Source: a virus. Taken from it: a stretch of DNA of 64,000 bases. Below, one piece after another: positions 57,826 to 64,000 of this stretch. A program made the translations under genes and the position numbers. The notes beneath the pieces were generated by a model. The model did not search any database and had not been told where the DNA came from. It saw nothing but the letters and a program-made list of their open reading frames with translations. Position 1 is the first letter of the stretch. Each line of letters opens with the position of its first letter. The stretch spans positions 7,487 to 71,486 of the IMG/VR virus record IMGVR_UViG_3300005841_000035; one strand, written 5' to 3'.

Positions 57826-58105
57826 TGACTTTTAAGAAAGGTGAATTTGCCGCCAACGCCTTGGCGACCTGCTCCGTGATTTTTTCGCCATCCAGATAGG
57901 TTGCTACCCGCTTGGGCGGAAACCTCTCAAAGAACCGGCTGCCGTAGACTTGAAAAAACTTCTTGTCCCCCCGCATGTCGTCAACCGAGACGCCTTCCCC
58001 GTGACAGAGGTCCGACGGGTCCATGCCGTCGTTGACTACCACTTCGCAGTCCCCGTGGTTGCGGACGCACTCCGCGAGCATCGCGATTAGTTCAGTTGCT
58101 TTCAT
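57785..58105 (-). CDS. Small protein, paralog 2 of tandem trio
   Basis: MKATELIAMLAECVRNHGDCEVVV. Confidence 0.6.
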   Translation of the reverse strand: MKATELIAMLAECVRNHGDCEVVVNDGMDPSDLCHGEGVSVDDMRGDKKFFQVYGSRFFERFPPKRVATYLDGEKITEQVAKALAANSPFLKVIEGGKFENKRSDS

Positions 58106-58278
58106 TGCCAGTCTCCCCCAATAAAAATTCGGTCCGGGTTGCCGTCGTCTTTCTCACGGAATTCGATAGTGAAGGCATCGGCCTCGCTGCAATTTCGCCC
58201 GTCGTCCACGGTAACCGGCAGGTCGCCGCGCTCCTTGATGAATTGCTTCAGCACGGTAATGATGACGGACGCTTTCAT
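58102..58278 (-). CDS. Small protein, paralog 1 of tandem trio (58 aa)
   Basis: Manual translation MKASVIITVLKQFIKERGDLPVTVDDG. Confidence 0.6.
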   Translation of the reverse strand: MKASVIITVLKQFIKERGDLPVTVDDGRNCSEADAFTIEFREKDDGNPDRIFIGGDWQ

Positions 58279-58556
58279 TTTCGTCGAAAATAATTCACTG
58301 CTTCGTCGAAGGTATCGAAAGACACGGTTCCTTCGGTTCCCCCACTATTGAAAGCGCGCCACCAGAACCACACCAAGTGCTGGGGTTCCCAGCCATAAGG
58401 TTTGCGGACGATTCGAATTGCCTTGTCCTTGTTGTGAAACCCCCACTTCCAGGCTTGAACCGTTTCGTCTGCGGACACGTTTGGGATTTCCCGCGAGAAC
58501 TCGCGAAACTCCGCGCTGGTCTCCATCAAATGCAAATATTCCCAATTCTGGTTCAT
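58275..58556 (-). CDS. Hypothetical protein
   Basis: Start MNQNWEY coupled to the upstream stop. Confidence 0.5.
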   Translation of the reverse strand: MNQNWEYLHLMETSAEFREFSREIPNVSADETVQAWKWGFHNKDKAIRIVRKPYGWEPQHLVWFWWRAFNSGGTEGTVSFDTFDEAVNYFRRK

Positions 58557-59050
58557 CGGCCCACCTGTATCGCTTTCATCCACTCCGGCGCCGGCGCAAA
58601 CAGGTCCGACATCTTCCGCGGGGCCTGCCGTTCGTGAGCGTCGTTGCACATCCAGCACATGGTATAAAAGTCCCCGCAGATTCGATTGACGCATCCCCAG
58701 TCGGTTGTGCCAGGGACAAGGCGCGGGGCCATGCGGTCGTTGTCCATGAAGTAGTATTTTCCGTTGAGCTGGAACAACACCGCCGCGTGGTGGCTGCGAA
58801 GCCCGCCCATCTGTTGCCAGCCGAAAACGATTCGGTGTGCCGGGATGCCTTGCGCGTGGAGATACTCCAGCGCGGACCACGAGAAGGGGTCACACTTCAT
58901 GCGGACCATGTAGTTCGGCAGATGCCGAAACGAAGGCATTGGGCGTCGCGCCGCAGAGTCGAACTGCTCCCCGGTTTTATGCACCGTCCTTGGCGCTGCG
59001 CAGCCGGATGCTACCGTTACACAAAGCGCGACGAGTAAGAAAAGTTTCAT
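58553..59050 (-). CDS. Lipoprotein with transglutaminase/papain-like triad
   Basis: Lipobox ASGC; KCDPFS, HAAVLF, YFMDN. Confidence 0.6.
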   Translation of the reverse strand: MKLFLLVALCVTVASGCAAPRTVHKTGEQFDSAARRPMPSFRHLPNYMVRMKCDPFSWSALEYLHAQGIPAHRIVFGWQQMGGLRSHHAAVLFQLNGKYYFMDNDRMAPRLVPGTTDWGCVNRICGDFYTMCWMCNDAHERQAPRKMSDLFAPAPEWMKAIQVGR

Positions 59051-59322
59051 TGGTCACTCCCGGCCACGAAGTTGAAATGCAAGGTTGCCTCGACGAGGTA
59101 GACCTTCGCGTCGTCGGGGAAGTGATACAGGTCGTCCTTATCGAAGGACCACGCGTTTACCCCGCAGTTGAAATAATGGACATCCCGCCCGGCGTCGAGC
59201 GCGGGACGGTCGCACAGCTTCATAAAAACGCGGCCCTCGGAATTCGTGGCAAAAGTTTGCCCAGGGCGCAACTCGCCGAACTTGGCCTCGGCGTGAATTT
59301 TGTAGTCTTGGTGCAGATTCAT
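59047..59322 (-). CDS. Hypothetical protein
   Basis: Start MNLHQD; FGELRPGQTF. Confidence 0.6.
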   Translation of the reverse strand: MNLHQDYKIHAEAKFGELRPGQTFATNSEGRVFMKLCDRPALDAGRDVHYFNCGVNAWSFDKDDLYHFPDDAKVYLVEATLHFNFVAGSDQ

Positions 59323-59471
59323 AAGTCCCACGCAGTTTCCCACAGTTCGTCTGATTGACTTTCGAAACCGAAGACCCCCAGGATGAGGCATGCGACCCCC
59401 ACCAGGAGTATCATCGGAACCCAGGCCACGATAGTGCGGACTGTTTTGAATATTTTGTTGATGATTCTCAT
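59319..59471 (-). CDS. 50-aa membrane protein
   Basis: Manual translation MRIINKIFKTVRTIVAWVPMILLVGVACLILGVFG; ATGA coupling. Confidence 0.5.
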   Translation of the reverse strand: MRIINKIFKTVRTIVAWVPMILLVGVACLILGVFGFESQSDELWETAWDL

Positions 59472-59523
59472 TCAATCAGGGGAGGGAGGTCAGTCCATGA
59501 CCCCCCTTAAGGCAGTCCTGCCT

Positions 59524-59877
59524 CTAATTGGATTCGGGGAACAGCAGTCCCCCGGCCTCGGTCAGAACGCCGGCGGCGTCCACGAGGCGACGATGAACTT
59601 CGCGAAGGCGAGCCTCGACGTCGTCACCATTGATTGGAAGCGACTGGAACCCTTCCGGGATGCTGAGCGTCCGCTTCAGGTGCCCGATGACAAGGCCCAG
59701 GGCCTCGGCATGCTTGATGATGTCCTGGAACAGAAGTGTGCGGGCCTCCTGCTTACCTTCCGCGGGCATGTCGCGGAAAGACTGCGCCAACCTCGCGCGG
59801 AGGTCGGTCGGCAAAATGTCCGACAGGGTCTCCACGCGGTGCAGGTTTTCCGTGAACGCTTTGATGGTCTGGCTCAT
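59524..59877 (-). CDS. Hypothetical helical protein
   Basis: TAATG coupling. Confidence 0.55.
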   Translation of the reverse strand: MSQTIKAFTENLHRVETLSDILPTDLRARLAQSFRDMPAEGKQEARTLLFQDIIKHAEALGLVIGHLKRTLSIPEGFQSLPINGDDVEARLREVHRRLVDAAGVLTEAGGLLFPESN

Positions 59878-60275
59878 TAGTTGTTGTGGTGGTTGTGGCT
59901 GCCGGCGTCGTTGACCGTGGTCGCGTTATTCACGGGACCGGTGGTAACGTTGACCGCGCCGCTTCCGCTGCCGGACTGCTCGACGTTGGTCGTGGACCGG
60001 GCCGGACGAAGCACAGCCGCGGCGCCGACGAGACCGCCAGCGTTCGCGACGGCAGGCACGAAGCCAGGACCGCCAGCGCCGTTCAACACGATGAGGTCAC
60101 CGGACTTGGTCAGCCGGCAAACCGTCGTCGTTGACGGGGCGAACACACCAGCCGTTTTGATGCGGATGATTTTGTCGCCGTTCGGGAGGGTTGCGATTTC
60201 TTTGACGCCAGCCTTGGCAGGATTAACCGACGCCAGAGCCAGCGCCGCCAACACGAGGGTAATGATTTGTTTCAT
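59877..60275 (-). CDS. Secreted protein
   Basis: Signal peptide ending AKA; promoter TTGACA-N17-TAACCT (60285-60313). Confidence 0.6.
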   Translation of the reverse strand: MKQIITLVLAALALASVNPAKAGVKEIATLPNGDKIIRIKTAGVFAPSTTTVCRLTKSGDLIVLNGAGGPGFVPAVANAGGLVGAAAVLRPARSTTNVEQSGSGSGAVNVTTGPVNNATTVNDAGSHNHHNN

Positions 60276-60315
60276 TATGTCTGTAGGTTACGACAGAGGG
60301 TTTGTTCTGTCAAAT

Positions 60316-61365
60316 TTATTTCACACCGCAGTTCACGGTCACCGGGGCCTTGACCAGCAGGTGGTCCGACGGCAAGAACTTCTTGTAAAACCCGCGGTCG
60401 AAAAACATGCAAAAGTCGGGCCGGATACGGGTAATGGCGCCGGTCTTCGACGACATTTTGAACTCGAGCGTGACGCCGCCGACTTCGTAGCGCAGATGTT
60501 TTGTGCGCCCGAAGATGGTCTGGTCCTGGAAGCCCGGCATGCCGATGATGTGGACGTTGCGGTCAAAGCTGTAGCCGCTGACGTGATAATGGCCCTGCAC
60601 CAGAATGGCCGGCTTCTCGCCGCCCTGGAAGGACTCCACCATTTTCTGGCCCTTGTAGCTCCGCGCGTAGGCCGAACCGCCGCTTGGGTGCTGAATTTTC
60701 ATCACCTGGGTGAACTTGCCCGTGCGCAAAATGATGTCCGCCTCAACGTGCCCGAGATACTTCAGGTCCGTGCGGTTGAAGCTTTCCTTGGCGATGCATT
60801 CGAGATACGCGCCGAAGTTGAAGCCCTCTTTTTGCCACCAGCCTTCGTGGTCGTTGCCGGTGATGAAGTGCGTGGTGATGCCGTGGCGCTGCGGATAATG
60901 CTTGCAGCAGTAAATGGCCTGCCCGTCGATGCTAGACGAGTAAACGGACCCGCCGTTGATTTTCGGAATGAACCCGTCCACGATGTTGCCTCCGTGGAAA
61001 ACCGTGGCGATGCCTTCGCGCTCGAAAAGGTCATACTGCGCGTTGAGAGCGTCGAGGCGTTCCTCGCGGCAGCAGAGATGCGTGTCGGAGACAAGTCCGA
61101 TGCGCGTCCACTCATCGTCATCGATGAGGTCCAGTTCGATTTTTCCGAACTCGAGCGGGATGGTCTTGAAGTGGTCCTTGGGGTCCGCCGGGGTTTCCAC
61201 CTTCGTCGCTTCGCCGCGCTTCGTCACGCTGGACGGAACAAAACGTTGTCGAGCGCGCCGGACCGCCGGCTCACTGATTCCAAAGCTTTTTGCCAGTCCT
61301 TCATCGCTGTAGCCTTCGGCCACGAGCTTGGCAAACGCCTGGATGTCTTTTGGGGTCCACTTCAT
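60316..61365 (-). CDS. Calcineurin-like metallophosphoesterase with N-terminal HTH
   Basis: SDTH, HGGNIVDG, TGNDHE, QHP, GHYH. Confidence 0.85.
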   Translation of the reverse strand: MKWTPKDIQAFAKLVAEGYSDEGLAKSFGISEPAVRRARQRFVPSSVTKRGEATKVETPADPKDHFKTIPLEFGKIELDLIDDDEWTRIGLVSDTHLCCREERLDALNAQYDLFEREGIATVFHGGNIVDGFIPKINGGSVYSSSIDGQAIYCCKHYPQRHGITTHFITGNDHEGWWQKEGFNFGAYLECIAKESFNRTDLKYLGHVEADIILRTGKFTQVMKIQHPSGGSAYARSYKGQKMVESFQGGEKPAILVQGHYHVSGYSFDRNVHIIGMPGFQDQTIFGRTKHLRYEVGGVTLEFKMSSKTGAITRIRPDFCMFFDRGFYKKFLPSDHLLVKAPVTVNCGVK

Positions 61366-61366
61366 A

Positions 61367-61927
61367 CTACTTTTTGTTCTTTTTGGGGTTGGGTTGTTCG
61401 GCCCGTTCGACTTCCACCTGGAACTGGTCGTCCGCCTGCCGTTTGAAAGCCAGATTAAAGTCTCGCAACGCTGCCTCTGGCGTGTGGCCGCGTCCGACGA
61501 TGTGCCCCGACGGGATTGCCGGGTCGCCATAGATGGCGAGAAAAATTCCGCCGTGCTGAAAAATTGACGGCTTGAGTTGTGTGCTGGGCAGCAGCGCGTT
61601 CTCGGCAACTTTCGTTTGCGCTGCGAGGAACTTTTGATGTTCTTCCTGGGTCTTGGTCAAGGCGCCGTAGAGGTCGTTCGCCTTTTCCAGGTTCCACCTG
61701 GACCCGTCCCCGAGGATTTCATCAAGCCGCTTGCACGCGTTGCAGAAGGTCACCGTCGCCGCGGCCAGGGCGCCGCCGTCCAGCTCCGGGTGCGGGTTGG
61801 ATACGTCGAATTCCCGGTGCGGGGCGAGCAGATACGCTTGCAAGGCTTGGGTGATGTGCAACAAGCAACTGATTTGCTCGTTTCCAACCGTCTCCCGGTT
61901 CGGGACCATCATTGGAAATTGATTCAT
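61367..61927 (-). CDS. Hypothetical protein (HicB-like C-terminal motif)
   Basis: IVGRGHTPEAALRDF; promoter at 61933-61964. Confidence 0.55.
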   Translation of the reverse strand: MNQFPMMVPNRETVGNEQISCLLHITQALQAYLLAPHREFDVSNPHPELDGGALAAATVTFCNACKRLDEILGDGSRWNLEKANDLYGALTKTQEEHQKFLAAQTKVAENALLPSTQLKPSIFQHGGIFLAIYGDPAIPSGHIVGRGHTPEAALRDFNLAFKRQADDQFQVEVERAEQPNPKKNKK

Positions 61928-61967
61928 CTACTTATACCAGTGTAGATTTTTCCCGGAATGTTAAGAC

Positions 61968-62453
61968 CTAGATTTGGGTCTCGGCCCAGTGCAGCAAATG
62001 CCACGCGTCGATGGCGTTGTCGTCCAGCGGCGCTTGGTCTGGCCGGCACCCGGTCTTCTCGTAGTAAGCCAGGGCCATCGCGTCCTTGTCCGCATTCCCG
62101 TGACCCGTGGCAAACTTTTTCAGCGTCTGAACGGGGCAGCAGATTATCGGGGTTCCGGTGTCATACGCAAAAAGCCACAAGATGGCTCGGAAGCCGGACC
62201 AAAGGTGCGCCTGGGCCTGGGACCGGACGAACTTCACGTCCTCGTATGCCAGCAGGGAAATGCCCGAATGGCTGCCGTAAAAGTCACGCAGCTCGTTACG
62301 CAAAAGAACGAGCCGCTGGTCGATGGTGCAGCAGCTCGATTTTTTCTTCTGCGTGAAGTCCCAGGTGCCGGCCTTGACCGCGTGACAGGGGCCGATTGCA
62401 AGTTTGTTGGCCCAGCCGGTCTTGGTGCCCAGGTCCAGAGCGAGAATGTTCAA
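61968..62453 (-). CDS. RuvC-like Holliday junction resolvase
   Basis: ILALDLGTKTGWA, YEDV, LKKFATGHGNADK, DDNAIDA. Confidence 0.88.
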   Translation of the reverse strand: MNILALDLGTKTGWANKLAIGPCHAVKAGTWDFTQKKKSSCCTIDQRLVLLRNELRDFYGSHSGISLLAYEDVKFVRSQAQAHLWSGFRAILWLFAYDTGTPIICCPVQTLKKFATGHGNADKDAMALAYYEKTGCRPDQAPLDDNAIDAWHLLHWAETQI

Positions 62454-63223
62454 ACCTCACCTCGCTCGTCCACGCCGGCCTTCTTGAACGCCTTGCGCAG
62501 CTTCTCCACGGCGCCGTTGTGGATTTGATGAACGCGGGCGCGAGTGATGCCGAGCGTGTCGCCGATTTCGCGGAGGTTCAGGTCCTGCTCGTAGAACATG
62601 CGCAGCACTTTCGCTTCCTTGGCGGTCAGCACGCGTTTCGACTGCTCCAGGCATCGCAAGATTAGTTCCTTGCTGTCGTTCTCCACGTCGGGCTGCACGA
62701 TGCCGGCGTCCTCGTCCAGGAGCGCGAGGTTTTCCCCCGCTTCGTCGTCCGGGAAGTTCCCGTGGTAGTCCACGATGTCCTTGGACCGCCAGAGCGTGGC
62801 GATTTCGGACCGGATGTAGGGCTTCGCATAGGCCGCGAACCGCTTGCCGCGCGTGTGGTCGAAGCCCTCGAGTGCTTTCATCAGGCCGAAGTTTGCCGCG
62901 CTGACGACTTCATTGTCCGGCAGCTTGCCTTTAACAAGGCTGCGCGCGTAGGTCATCGCGAACAACAGGTGATTCGTGACGATGAAGTCGCGGGCCTCCT
63001 GCGCCTTGGTTGAGTTGTTTTCGTTGGCGGTGTTGAACAGCGCCTGTTCTTCCTGAGCAGACAGCATCTTGAATTTCAAGTCCGTCCCGGAACCGTAGTA
63101 GTTGGATGTATCGTTCACGTTAAAATAGTGGGGATGCAAAGGCATGCTGAGCCCAAAACGCGAAGAGAAGTCCTCGTTCTCTTTCGGTGTTGGATTCGCC
63201 ACGCCCACAAAGGCCAGTTTCAT
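62450..63223 (-). CDS. Phage-encoded sigma-70 family factor
   Basis: GLMKALEGFDHTRGKRFAAYA (region 2); LTAKE..NLREIGDTLGITRARVHQI (region 4). Confidence 0.92.
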   Translation of the reverse strand: MKLAFVGVANPTPKENEDFSSRFGLSMPLHPHYFNVNDTSNYYGSGTDLKFKMLSAQEEQALFNTANENNSTKAQEARDFIVTNHLLFAMTYARSLVKGKLPDNEVVSAANFGLMKALEGFDHTRGKRFAAYAKPYIRSEIATLWRSKDIVDYHGNFPDDEAGENLALLDEDAGIVQPDVENDSKELILRCLEQSKRVLTAKEAKVLRMFYEQDLNLREIGDTLGITRARVHQIHNGAVEKLRKAFKKAGVDERGEV

Positions 63224-63999
63224 TGTTTGGTGGTGTATGGGTTGTCAGTTGATTCTGCCACGGGCTTCGCGCCATTTTTCGGGTAGCGTTTGCCGCGGCA
63301 AATTGTGAAAAGCCGGCGAAGTTCGTTTCCGTGGACCTTGATGTCAAAGCCCTTCATCGCCAGGACGGGAAGCATTTTGCCAAGCTGGTCCGCACTCGTG
63401 CGGCCGATAGCCTCGCCCATGCTACAGTCGGTCATCATCGATTTGAAAAGCTGGTAGGCGGTGCCTTCCCAGCAGTCGCGCGCCGGATGTTTTTCGGTGA
63501 AGTAGATTCGCATCCACTCGTCGAGCTGTTCGCCAACGCCGGCAGCCTGGGATGATTGATTCGCCTCGGTGATGACGGAGGGGTCGTGATAGACTTTCGG
63601 ACCGTAACGTTTCTCCGGAGTCAGCAGGCGGTCCGGGATTTCGTAGTCCATGAGATATTTCGCGAAGTAGGGCAACTCTTTGGCCAGGATTTTCGTGATG
63701 ACCGGGCGCTCCGGAAAAACGAACCCATCAGTGCGGACCGGGACACAACGGAACAGATTCAGCTTGTCCAGGTTCCCCATTCCGATTTCCGGGATGGCCC
63801 TTAAACTGTCCGGGTCGTCGTTGCAGGAAGCCAAAATGCGGCCGGCCCAGTCCACCAGACTCGCGGCGCGGTATTTTTCGTTGGACCGAAAAGCTTGGTT
63901 GGCGCACGCGCGCTTCAACATCTCCGTCATCAAGCGGTGCGTGCGCTGGTCCAGCCCCAGGGAGTTGTCGTCAAGCGCCCAGATGAACACCTGCCACAG
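63220..63999 (-). CDS. Primase-associated SF3-type helicase, C-terminal part (truncated by window edge)
   Basis: Walker B-like IWALDD, RILASCN; frame open to the window end. Confidence 0.55.
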   Translation of the reverse strand: MWQVFIWALDDNSLGLDQRTHRLMTEMLKRACANQAFRSNEKYRAASLVDWAGRILASCNDDPDSLRAIPEIGMGNLDKLNLFRCVPVRTDGFVFPERPVITKILAKELPYFAKYLMDYEIPDRLLTPEKRYGPKVYHDPSVITEANQSSQAAGVGEQLDEWMRIYFTEKHPARDCWEGTAYQLFKSMMTDCSMGEAIGRTSADQLGKMLPVLAMKGFDIKVHGNELRRLFTICRGKRYPKNGAKPVAESTDNPYTTKQ

Positions 64000-64000
64000 T

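Larger units (their letters stand above)
1..64000. mobile_element. Tailed dsDNA bacteriophage genome segment (podovirus-like)
   Basis: TerL, portal, scaffold, capsid, tail tubular and ejection-type genes in order; no tape measure or sheath gene; no host housekeeping genes seen. Confidence 0.93.

Noticed and set aside
59881-61446. 521-aa plus-strand ORF
   Set aside because: Antisense shadow of the metallophosphoesterase and secreted-protein genes; no recognisable motifs
1-64000. tRNA, tmRNA, reverse transcriptase/DGR, CRISPR array, tyrosine integrase
   Set aside because: None recognised by eye; no RT motif or TR/VR pair seen
1-64000. Stop-codon reassignment
   Set aside because: Long genes are intact in the standard code and end in TAA, TGA and TAG

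Overview
The whole window is a GC-rich tailed dsDNA phage with podovirus-type morphogenesis genes, probably most of a circular genome. Both edges fall inside replication genes: a Cas4/DUF2800-like nuclease on the left and a primase-helicase on the right. Layout: (i) a minus-strand early/accessory arm (1-15.5 kb) with an SNF2 helicase, a WLM/SprT protease, nucleotide-pool enzymes and many small genes; (ii) a divergence point with a 31-bp inverted repeat (14.75-14.87 kb); (iii) a plus-strand arm with a TerS candidate, serine recombinase, TerL, portal, scaffold, a glycosyltransferase/sulfotransferase/GDP-fucose synthase cassette, major capsid, collagen-like fibres, tail and ejection proteins, including a 2044-aa multi-domain protein; (iv) a minus-strand arm (56-64 kb) with a GT4 enzyme, metallophosphoesterase, RuvC and a phage sigma-70 factor. 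The most notable unexplained signals are a ~300-nt highly structured, pseudoknotted non-coding element ending 6 nt before the TerL start codon; a candidate sulfated/fucosylated virion-glycosylation system paired with Thr-rich collagen fibres; 13 copies of a non-canonical promoter (TT[GAT]AC[AT]-N16-CAC[TC]NNT) that plausibly belong to the phage sigma; and an ejection protein punctuated by four R-x-G-[FY]-L-[TS] motifs. All family calls come from motif recognition and synteny by eye; no searches were run.
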